Shown: positions 11,001 to 22,200 of the stretch, one piece after another
Position numbering within the stretch: position 1 is the stretch's first letter
How the letters are laid out: each line of letters begins with the position of its first letter
From: Hydrolagus colliei
Lineage: Eukaryota
Assembly (NCBI GenBank): GCA_035084275.1
Contig: CM068745.1
Location: 87,792,001 to 87,856,000 of the forward strand
DNA length: 64,000 nucleotides
Direction of reading: 5' to 3'
The notes under the pieces: model-generated
The model's input: the letters and a program-made list of their open reading frames with translations, nothing else
The model's database searches: none
What the model was told of the DNA's origin: nothing
Made by a program: the position numbers and the translations under genes

Positions 11001-14000
11001 TATTTTATACTGTAGGATATCTGCAAAATTTTGAAAAAGGCCGAATTTATTTAAACCCAGAACCTCTTAACTCAAAGTCCAGTGCTACTGGCTGCTATAT
11101 GTTTTGCTGATATGTTGTTATCATTTATTGTGAACGCTTTTCGAACGTCTCATTAACCATACTGGCTGCAGTCTGTTGAGAAACACCACATCTAATTGGA
11201 AGCCGAGCTCTGAGACTCGTGATGTGATGATTATCACTGATGATATTCGGCTACCGCCAGTCTCGGGGAAAAGCATATAAATCCCGTTTCGCGTGATGCA
11301 ATGTAACAACTTTGCTACGTATTAAATATTCCTCTTCTGTTGGGAAGGCACACGGGACGGAAAAGTCGGGCAAAGCGTCACTCTCCACCACGTTTATTCT
11401 GAGGCTGATTCTTCGGACTTGACAATCGCGTGGAGATTTAAGAACACAGAGAACTCGTCGTCAGAAATGGTCTGCAGCTGGCCGGGCCAAGATAGGGTAG
11501 GGAATGCAAAGTGTCGGAACGAACGGGCGACAACAGAAGGCGAATGGAATGCATTCCTTGATTTGCTCGAAGTCACTGGAGAAAACTCAGGAGAATACAC
11601 GTGTGAAATCAGATCCAAGAGTTCCACAAAACTGTTCACCAACATTCTGATACTAGGTAAGTTGTCCATGATTTTTGCAATTGATTATACTGTCGCTCTC
11701 TGCTTGGATCAGTTCCGTCGTTCTTGGTAAAAAAAAAAAAAGTGGGAAATGCGGAGGACTGTACTACAAAAAGGCAAGAAAGGGATACAAAGAAAGTAAT
11801 AGGAGGAGCAGAAAGTAAGTTTGAAAAAAAAATCTACAAGGCTTGGTGTTGTCTGCAAACTTGGATATCAACCTTTCTATTCCTTTATCCAAGTCGTTCG
11901 TATATATGGCAAAAACATGGATATAAACTAGTAAATTGTGCAGATGGGAGTATGAAATTACAAAGCCTTCCATGGCCTCGCCCCACCCTCCCTCTGCGAC
12001 CTCCTGCCAAAACCTGCCCACCCCCTCCGCCCAGCCTGCTCCACATCCCCCGACCCACCTGCCCCACCATTTACGTCCAAGCCTTCAGCCACTCTCCTCC
12101 CAACCTCTGGAACTCCATCTCGCAGTCCCTCCACCTCACCCCCCCACCCACCCCTGGACTCCTTCAAGTCCCAACCTTAAGACCCTCCTCTTCGACGGTC
12201 CCATCGTCACCCCCACCACCCCACCACCCCATCCCCACCTCCACTTTCTCACCAACCTCCCCATCCCCGACCCTCTGGTCTGATACAATGACTGTCCAGC
12301 ACCTTGGGACATCTTCTCTGAAGCGCTTTGAGACGTTGATAAAATGTGAAAAGCGCTATATCAAATGCAAGGATTATTATTATTATTATTATTATTATCC
12401 ATGGCTTGAAAGGGGCTATACAAGTGTAATTTTGTTGTTGTTGTGTATACTCTCGTTCTATCATCTCGCTGCATTTCTGAAGTATTGATATCGCAAACAG
12501 GTTTCGTTTTTCAATCGCGTTCAAAATGTTACGCACACAAACTTCTACACTCCTAATGTTACACACAGTACTGAGGTCTCCTCTGAGATGCCGCCTTTCA
12601 CGATTGAAGAGAGTCCCTAGCTTGTCAAATACCTGCTCAAAGCTCAATCCCCTAAGACTGGGTGGGGACCATTCCCATTGCTCTCCTCCACGCTACCCCT
12701 CGGCCTTCTGTCACCCTCCCCCCTCTCTCCCTCCCCTCCCCCCCTCCCACCTCTCTCCCTCCCCTCCCCCCCTCCCCCCCTCCCACCTCTCCTGCCCCTA
12801 CCCCGTGCTCCCCCCGACCCCTGACTGTTTAGCGCCTTGGGACGTCCTGCCGATGTGAAAGAGACGCTCTATCAATGTCACCTTTTGCTTGTCTCTGTTT
12901 CCTGGCGACCAGAATTGTACGCAGTACTCCGGGTGTGGTCTGAACAATCGGTGGTTTGAGGCGTTGCATAATAGGATTACCTCCCTCTTCAGGGTGTTGT
13001 TAGTTACGGACGACAAGCGCTGTGTGCAAAAAGTACCTTTAAATGTTAGTAGTTGAATTGCCGTAACGTCAACAGGTTTAGTTGCAATGCTCAGATTTTT
13101 GACATTGCCTAGATTGCTTGTTGAGTTGGGGTGTGGTAAGATTTCCTGACACAGACGTCTACCTCTGAAACATGTCACATTTCCAACCAGACCAGTCTAA
13201 CTGCGTTCACCGGGAATAATCGAGATGCCAGTGACTCCGTATCTGGCCGATTAACAACAATTCAGCCGCGTGTGTGACTGTAACTTTCCGCTTATTTCGT
13301 GCATGTTTTATGATGTTGTTTGTAATTACAGTACTAACGTTTGCAACTTGAATCGCAAAGCACTGCTTTTTTTTGTTTAAAGCGAACAAGACGCTCAATT
13401 GTTAGCACTTCCGCAAGTACAATCCTGACCTCTACCGGCTCCACAGACCTCGGTATTGATTTCAATCATTTCAGGCCATTACAGCTCACCTTCCCCCTCT
13501 TCTGCGACCATCTGATCCGCCTGTTCTTTGGCAATTTCTCCCCCCCCCCCTCTTCTCTCCAGTTTTGTTGCAATCACCCGTTTTACAACACTAACGCCTA
13601 TTTAACCCTCATCTCCTGCCCTCCACCCCATGTGTCTTCCTTGCCCTGCCTCCCCCCCATCTCTTTTAGTCCTTAAAAATCTCTCCCCCCCAACATGCCA
13701 GTTCTGACGAAGGGTCGTGGACCTGAAACGATGACTCACTTTCCTTTCACTATAGATGCTGCCTGACCTGCTGAGTGTTCACAGCGACTTGTTTTTGGAT
13801 CATTAACTGTTCAGTTTTAAACGTGCATGTCTATTCAGCATTTGTTTACAGTTGATCAAAACGTACTTTGGCTGTTGAAGGTCAGCTCTTGTCACTACAC
13901 TTCAACAGTAATTAACTGTGAATCACTTTGAGGCATTTCAACTTGGTAAAGGTCTAAAAAAAATGAATATTCTTCTTTTTCAGAAGCGTTACCCGAAGAA

Positions 14001-14108
14001 ATCCAACAGAGGAATCACTCTGCAGTTATTGCTGCTATTGTACTTGCATTTGCGCTACAATTTGCTGTTGCCGTGATGTTACTGTGCACCCGGCACGGAA
14101 GGCGCTAA
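8069..14108 (+). CDS. HHLA2: HHLA2 / B7-H7: join(8069-8120, 9569-9886, 10267-10569, 11348-11656, 13984-14108), 368 aa; leader-IgV-IgC-IgV-TM with a 7-aa tail
   Basis: All introns GT-AG and phase 1; the CDS sums to 1107 nt. Leader MFPHIFSICVFLQISSS. V1 ...LFTSEITRGNGSLLLSRLNINDEGEYKCYV...IFLKVG and C ...LNITPASNQTYKCNIKNDLLNQLWTGSWKMQ match human HHLA2 (LFYNEIQNGNASL...VVLKVG; LNITGSNSSYECTIENSLLKQTWTGRWTMK). V-C-V architecture is diagnostic, and the gene is convergent with CIP2A as in human 3q13. The V2 acceptor (gggaag|11348) is the least certain boundary. Confidence 0.93.
8290..9355 (+). mobile_element. Degraded L2 ORF2 remnant (endonuclease end to RT) in an HHLA2 intron
   Basis: AISDHHSIVFN (AP-endonuclease SDH motif), MLDFLDSKIEGIR, and LQGPVLDWLRSQLSHRLQF...SSSPRTVSCGIP (RT region), with frameshifts. 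Confidence 0.8.
11790..13180 (-). mobile_element. Fragmented CR1 ORF2 pieces, interrupted by an L2 3' end (about 11960-12320, +) and a SINE tail
   Basis: FAIYTNDLDKGIERLISKFADNTK, LFRPHPEYCVQFWSP and RGDLSTVCNI are CR1 RT and C-terminal motifs. Confidence 0.7.
13420..13800 (+). mobile_element. Penelope-like element 3' end
   Basis: ORF end ...DLGIDFNHFR, then gttctgacgaagggtcgtggacctgaaacg...gatgctgcctgacctgctgagt terminus. Confidence 0.75.
13880..13978 (+). mobile_element. Old DeuSINE-type (SacSINE1/AmnSINE1-like) 3' tail abutting the HHLA2 TM-exon acceptor
   Basis: gtcactacacttcaacagta...ctgtgaatcactttgagg...gtaaaggtct...aaatgaatattcttcttttt resembles the DeuSINE tail (GTGACTACACTTCAAAAGTA...CTGTAAAGCGCTTTGG...GTGAAAGGCGCTATATAAATGCAAGTCTTTCTTT) as recalled. 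Confidence 0.55.
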
Positions 14109-14113
14109 ATAAA
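14108..14113 (+). terminator. AATAAA overlapping the HHLA2 stop codon
   Basis: cgcTAAATAAAtc: stop at 14106-14108, AATAAA at 14108-14113. Confidence 0.5.
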
Positions 14114-14771
14114 TCAAAGTTGTTGTTGTTGCCAAATATCCATTTAGCTTCTGTAAACCCCGCAAGCCCAAAACTCTTAATTAATGAAACACTTAGAAGA
14201 TGTGAAAAGCGTTATATCAAATTCAAGGATTATTATTATTAAGCCTAATAAGCAGCAGAAAACCTACCAGACTGCTATACAATATCAAGCTAGTTGATCT
14301 CCAACAGAACTACCCCTTACAGAATACTGTAAGGTTCGCCAGAAAGAGACTTTACCCAATACAGGTGGTGTGGATTACAAATTGTTTAATGTCATACACA
14401 ATTCACAGGTTAATACTTTTAATACACACAATTTATTATTTCATTACGTTACACTAAAACAGTAAGATTCAACCAAGCCGATATTACCCGATTCCATTGG
14501 CGAAGTCGTTGACCGCCTCACAACTGTTGCTCCTACCACAATTCCAATTATTCCCAAATTACATCTTTTATGTGTTTCTAACTCCAACTTGAATTGCTCG
14601 CCTTGAATATGCCAGAATCTGGCCATTAAATATGCTGCCTCCCATAGCTTGCTATTATTCCTAAATAGCACCAAACTATACGATCTTTGTGGGAGCATTA
14701 AGTTGGCACAAATCCTTTTCCACACATACACCAACCAACAAGGACCAATGAGTGTCCATCAGGTGAAACCA

Positions 14772-15080
14772 CGGAGCTCCTGTAGCTCAGTGGTTAAGAG
14801 CACTCGCCTTGCAAGCTGTGTTCGAATACAGGTAGGTCAAGGCGAAACCTTGGGCAAGTTTCTTTACTCCACATGCCTAATAATAATCCCTCCCCCCCAA
14901 AAAAACACAATCATAAAATTGGTCACTTCAATCCACGACTGTTTGTGGGGACACTGCTGTGCGCAATTGGCTGCTGTTTTGCCCACAAATATAGTCAATT
15001 AACTTTACAGTATATTCTATGAAGCTTTGAGATGTCAATAAGATGTGAAAAGCGCTACATCAAATGCAAGGATTATTATA
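14772..15080 (+). mobile_element. Full-length tRNA-SINE between the HHLA2 and CIP2A stop codons
   Basis: Head ggagctcctgtagctcagtggttaagagc, shared body, and caaggattattat tail. Confidence 0.9.
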
Positions 15081-16231
15081 AGAAAACTAGCTATCTTTCC
15101 CTTCATAACACAGGGGCCGATTATAGCAACTATTCATTCCCATGGTTAAGATCAACTAATTCAACAATGATCAAGGATTAAATCTCAAAGATTTCTCATC
15201 TGTATTGCAATCACACAACTACCTCCTCTAGATCCCTTTCGCTTAACTGCAAAAATAATTGCTTTTTGTGATAATAATGTAATTTAATTCTGATAGTTTT
15301 TCAATAGTAATAAAGGACATGACTAAATTAAACAATTAGCCCCTTATAGAAACATTTGCAGCAAAGAAGATTAAAATAATTTACAGTACCTGTACAGAGT
15401 ATATAATATTATGGTTTTATGTATTTTTATTTTGTATCATGCCATAACATGCATTTTGGTTTTGTATTTGCAATAAATCTGATGATTTTAATCTACTGAT
15501 TTTGTAAATAAACTTCCATTCAGATCTAACTGATTAATGAATTAAACTCCAGATGAATTTGCACGAGCCAAATTGCCAATGTTCTCTGCTGTAGCGCTGT
15601 GCTTCTAATGAAAAACTCAACTTCCAAGTATAAATACATCGCTACAGATAGTGCAAAATAATCTTTATTTTTTAAAAAAATGTAGCTGTTACACAGTAAT
15701 TCATCAGTTATATTAAAATATTTTGGTGACCAGAATAGGAATTTTAGAGAACAAAGACTAGTGCGAGGTTCCTTAGCAAAATGAGGTGGGACTGTCCATC
15801 CTGGTCTTTTGTTAGTCCAAGGCCACAGAACTGCCGAGACGGGTCATAGATTGTTTTTTAAAGACCGCCAAATTGATTGTCGGGGAAATGGAAATGCAGT
15901 CCAGTCCAACAATCTATCTCTGGAATCTATGTGTTTGTGGGATACTCTTAAGCATGGTGATGGGTTTGCATATTTGTCAGACACCTGGCAAAATAAAAGC
16001 ACAGACAAAAATTTTAATGAATCTCTCTCCTGATCTATATGTTTACTGATAAATTAGGAGGTGATTTTTCTCATGAGAGCATTAAGGAACTAACTACAAA
16101 TATTTGACTGAGAATAAATATGTAGAATAAATCCCAGAGGAAAAAGTGTATTCGGTCAGCTTACTGCAAGAGAGGGAAAATCAATTCTATTTCTATGAAT
16201 AATTAGATTAAAACATCATAAAAAGCAAAGG

Positions 16232-19200
16232 CTACAGGTTGATATTTACAGCATTTGATGGTACTTTGCCACCACTCAGATTGTGAATCATTGCTATCAT
16301 GTGCGAGTGCTTGCCGAGTTCCTCTTCTTGAACTTTAAGAAGAGTTTCCTTTTCATTCAAACGTCCCTCCAACTGTGATTTCTGCACCTCTAAGGACGAA
16401 ACCTGTGGGGTACAGACAGAATAAACATATACGGGGGGTGCACATGCATGGTGTTCCGTTTGAGGTCGGCAGAGAACAAAGTGAGGCCCCAGGGCTAGTA
16501 ACAACAACAAAATTACACTTGTTTAGCGCCTTTCACATCGGCAGGACGTCTCAAGGTACTGGACAGCCAATGGGGTTGGACGAAAATGGGGAAGAAAGGG
16601 TCCTGGAGCTTGGTCCGTGAGAGGACCTGGGCTGTAGAGTTCTGCAGCCAATGGAGGGAGGAGGTGGGAAGGCTGACAAGCAGGGTGCTGGCATAGTCAA
16701 GCTTGGACATGATGAAGGCTTGAATGAGAGTTTCAGCGGCCCGAGGGGTGAGGTAGTGGCAGAGTCGGGCAATGATGCGGAGGTGAGGGAAGGGAGAGCG
16801 GTCATGGCATGGATGTGGGGGAGAAAGGACAGTTGAGGATCGAACAAGACCAAAGTTCCTGACTGGCTTAGGGAGGTGGAGGTGGAATTTTATTCTGCGC
16901 ATGCGCGCGCATTCGGAGGTACTCGCGTATTCGGTGGTGCACGCGCATTAAAATTTCCAATATCGGCATATCGATATGAAAAATTATATCGATATAACCG
17001 ATATATTGATACATCGCCGGACACTACTTTCTAGCATATTAACCAGTCCAGATAAATTTTATTGCATTTAATAGGAAATTCAAGAGGACTTGGGCAGATG
17101 CATAACTTAAGCAATTTTTACAGATGTGGCATATGCGAGTTGTCCATACCCATACCATTTATAGCACAGTAAAACCTCGACAATCCGGCACGGTTGGGCC
17201 CATTCATCTACCGGATTTCAGAGTTTGCCGGTATTTAGAAACCTACCTGGAAATGGCTGGGAAAGCCCCAAGTACTGTATGCTGTAAACACAGGATTGAA
17301 GCCAAACAATGCTTGAGCTCCACCCCGAGCGCCAGACGACAGAGCAGCGCCAGTGTGAACTGCAAGCAGCTGTTCCGAACATCGGAAGATTTGCCCGACA
17401 TTGGAAAAAAATTATGCTGCATGTATTTTTAAATCTTGCCAGTTTTAGGGAGTTACCAGCTTTCGGAATGTCAGATTATCGAGGTTTTACTGTACACACA
17501 ATCTTTTCAAAAGAAAAATTATGTGCAACCGAGAACAAACCCGTAAACTAGATTGGTGAGTGCAGAATTAAAGGAAACAAAATTCCCGCTAGGTTTGAAA
17601 ACTCGATTAAATACAGAATAACATTTGTATCTTTCATGTCGAGAGAACGTTCCAAAGCGCTAAAAAAGAAGTAAAATTACAAATAAATGTTATTTACCTT
17701 AATGCTGAGTTCTTTTCTTGTTAATTCTGTCTTACTCAGCTCTTTTCTAAGACTGTCAATAGTTTCATCCATGTAATTTTTCTCTTTCTCAGTCTTTTTT
17801 ACCTTTTCCTCTTGTGTCTTGATCTTTTGTTGTAAACCTGTCAAAGAATACGGATTAATCTTAATTTATTTAAATTAGTAGTTTAATAATAATACTTGCA
17901 TCTGATACAGCACCTTTTCAGGTCTTCGAAATGTGCTTCACAGAGTATACTGTAAAGTGAATTGACTGTATATTTTGGAGGCAAAACTTCATACAAATTT
18001 GCTGCCCAGTTTGCCTACAGTAAAATACAGTAAATCCTGTGACGCATTTTGAAATATCCTGTGTAAGGTGCTTTATTAAATGCAAGGAATATTATTTAAA
18101 CATTTTTCAATTAACTTAAGCAGCAAACTACAAAATCAAAACACTTACCTAGTATTTTGTTGTCCTTTTCCTGTATCTCTTTGCATAATTCATTCCTCTG
18201 CCCATCCAACTCTTTCATTTGAACAATACATCTAAAATGTTGAAATATTTGTTATGATGATACAATGGTAAAATGTATTTACGATAGGTAACAAATAATT
18301 GTTAACTCTTTCTACCCTCATCTGTGGATATAGATTTTACCGATTAAACTTTAATAAACAAACAAGGTCATAGAAATCCACAAGCGCATAACTTCTGTAG
18401 AATTAGTGTATTGAATGCATTTGCAAATTCACGTACAAATATTTGTTTGGCACCGTTTGTTAAAATCTATCAATCAGATTTTTCAGCATAATGGATTAGA
18501 TTAAAATTCTTAAATTTTATAGGGACCCACGGTTTATTAACCCATTACATAATTCTACATCATTTGAATTCATAATATGACCCTTCATTTAACACTAGCA
18601 AATTGTTATACCACCAGCAACAATGCAAAAGCAACCAAATATGAATGCAATTTGCTTTATATCTCATCACAATGTCTAGAATTTTTAAACTCAACTAAAA
18701 TGCTGCAAATAATTGCAGTTCAAAATTGCATATTGCTTGCATGCAACTGAATTTACAATGTATAAATTGAGCCAATGTCTTCCTTCCTCATGCATAGAAT
18801 CAGTTATCCAATTTGAAGTGATTGTCATGTTTTATTTATTATTTTAGCTGAATATCCTGTGTGCAGGATATGAGAACTTGAAGAAACAAGGGGAAAAAAA
18901 ATCTTAAAAATCCTGAAAAATCTTAAATCTTTTCATCTTTATACACTAATTCTAGTCACATATCAAGAAACTTACTTACTTATCATTCTGTTGTTTAAGG
19001 GAATCATAACGTTTCTTAAGCATTTCGGTTTGCCTCTGTTCATTCTGAAGTTCTTTCAGCTGCCTTTCAACAGCTTCGTGTCTAAAAATATATTGATGTT
19101 AGGTTTAGTCGAATCATTAGGCTTATTTTATGTTTAATAAATAAATCAAGGTGTATATAATAAGTAGTATAACATTAGAAATTTAGGTATGAAACTAAGA

Positions 19201-22200
19201 AGGCTGCAGAATTGCAGAAACCAGCCATGTCGCTAAAAGAACTGAATGTAACTAGGTTGGCATCAGTTGTAGTAGATATGGTAAGTGTGAACGATGGAGA
19301 ACGTAAACATGTTCAGTTACAGTCGTCAATATAACTACTCTTTGTCTTCCCAAAGGTGGGAAAGTCACAGGGTAAGCGAGGAGGCAGACAAACAGGCCTG
19401 GGTAGATGGGGAAGTCTTTTACAATAAGATATTTGAGAAAACAGGAATGTTTGAGAACCGCTTTGCTAGTCAAGATAAGCGAGGCTGATGGAGAAGTATA
19501 AAGATAGGAGGGAAAGTGTGGCTCATCACAACAGTTGGGGAATATCTCAAGGGGGAAACCGAGATCTCCAGCCTGCCACTGTTGTCCAGAACTACTGGAA
19601 CAGGTAGCATGGTTCCAGTTGTTCTGTTTTACATACAAGGAAGGTCCAGTTACAGAAGCAATCGTCTGGTCTTACTAGGCTCAGTGAATTGACTAAATAG
19701 AGCACGAGAGATGATGTACTGAAGCTGTTATAACTGACTGCTCCAAAACCGGCCGTATAGTTTTATTATTTGTAGTAGCATTATACTAGTTTTGTATGTG
19801 TTACTTTGATTAATAAATCTCTATTACACCTTAATTGGATTGTCGGGTCCAATTTCGAACCTCGGGCTCGGAAATCCCAACAGATGTAAACATAAAAATC
19901 CTGAAATATTGAGCAAACATCGATTTATACATGCATGAGATAGTGAACAAAATTAACTGTAGTTCATTTTTCTTATACATTTAGCAATAATGTAAGTAAA
20001 GCTGCAATAGGTGGAAATATGAAGGGAACTGGTCTGTAAATTGCAGAGATGCAAATCACACTGTGCACCATGTAATACATTTCCTAAAAGCTAAACAACA
20101 ACAACAAAATTGCACTTGTAAAGCGCCTTTCACGTCGAGAGGACGTCTCACAGCGCTGAACAGTCTGGTCGGCACCCAAGTGGGGAAGTGGGGGGGGTCA
20201 AAGTAGTGGGAAGGGAAAGGAGAGTGGGCGAGGGGGAAGAGTTAGTAGGGCAGCCGAAGGCGTGGTCAAAGAGGAAGGTCTCAACACTAAAATGTATTTC
20301 AGAGACAATAATCCATCAAAGATATAGCCGGCATGGTTTGGGTTACACTGCAAGCTTTGAGAAATATATTGTAAAAGGCTGTGCTATACTAAACTGGAAA
20401 AGTAAAACCTGTAATAACCAATTAAGTTGTAATCCCCCACATCTATTTGTCTCTCTGTGTGAATCATGGGTTAATATTCCCCCTCCAAATCATTTTATTC
20501 CTCATATGCATTGTATCATTCTAGGTCTCCACCGATACAATTTTAAAATTGCTGCTAGGAGATGCACAGCCAAGAACAGCCCAGGTTGAATTCTCTCAAA
20601 TTTTCTTTCTGGATGGCCTCCACATAATGGCATGAATAGGGTTGGGGGCTAGTGCATGGATTCCTGTGGCCAAACATCTTACACACTGTGGTCTGTACAA
20701 TTAGCTCAATTGTGCTACATGTACTAATCTGCTGCTGATGCTCAAATTGCTTTCTTGAAGATAGCAAACAAAAAGCACACATGAAATATTCACTAACCTT
20801 TGAGCACGATGCACCGATTCAACCTTTAAAGATTCATGTTCTTCTGCAATAGCCTGCAATTTACGAATCTCCTCGAAAAGTTTCTCCATGTCGGTTTTGG
20901 CACGTTCGGCCTCCGTCAGTTGGGTCTTCAGCATTCCGTCGAGTTCCTCGTTTTTTCTCTCTGCATCCATCAGAAGTGAAGCCAGTTGCCGTGTCTGGTT
21001 TAAATGTAAAATTCATAGAATCAAGAATGATGTTCGGAGACAAATCACAAAATTCAGCGACAAGATCGTTTTTTTTTCAAAGGAATCTCTTGGGTAAGTT
21101 GCATGGATAAGCTCCATGGAGGAGTTCCACTCCTGCCTGAAACTGTTGCTGTTACACTGTACATGCAGTAAAACATGCAGAAATCATCTAGTGCGCAGTA
21201 AGCAAGTTAGCTGGTTGTGCACAAGCTAAAACAAACTGCTATCGTACCTCAGTGCAATTCAGGTTGAGATTTTATGGACCCTAAACATAAAGGTACAGGT
21301 TGTAAACACTGTACAATGTTATTTATACCCTGATATATTTTTAGTCATTCCATTGTAAGTACTTCACATATTTTGTGAAGTCCTTTGAGGTGTCCTCCTG
21401 ATGAGAAAGGCGCCATAGCAAATCTAAGGATTATTATTATTATTTAAATATACCTCTGCTTCTCCATGGGCTCTCTGACAGCGGTATTGGGTAATCAGGC
21501 GATCAGCCTGTGCCAGGGCCAGTGCCTTAGCCTCCAATAGGTCCTGTAAGCGAGTTTCCTTAGACTAAAAGAAAACGCAGTTCAATTATACTATTACGGA
21601 GATCATTCTACTGTATTACTTTCTAACCATTCCAGCATTTCCAATAGGTCCCCGGTCACCATGATATATCACACTGTATAAACTGTAAGAGAAAAGCAAT
21701 CCCAATTGTACTTGAAAAATATGGATTTGAATTTAAAACATTCAAAATGGTAGAAAAATCAAGGGTTAGTAGAAAAATATAGAATTGAATTTTAAAAATT
21801 CAAAATGGTACAAAAATCCCCCCAAAAGCATTTATTTAAAGCAATCTAATCCTTGAATCAGAAAATGTGAAATTATTAATGCACCACAAATACTGAAACT
21901 ACCTTTTGAAGGAGCCCATTACAATGTTTATTTTCCCTTTAACTGATCTAGGATTCATTTTAGAAAGTACTTACTGCAAGAGATGACAGCTTCTGTTCAT
22001 ACACATCCATCATCTCGGAAAGTCTCACATCCTTGACTTGTTCCTTCAACTGTGTAATAAGTATAACATCAAATTAGGTACTTAACCAAAGAAATACATT
22101 CTTAATATGTTGAAAAACAGAGAGTACTTGTAGAATAATATGGCCGGTGGAGAAATGAGAACTAGTATAGGTGAAACATGACTTGTAGAAGGATTTGAAA

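Noticed and set aside
11724-12488. 254-aa ORF and similar Pro/His-rich ORFs (59235-59557, 50395-50929, 48456-49111)
   Set aside because: They translate L2, CR1 or MITE fragments and low-complexity sequence.
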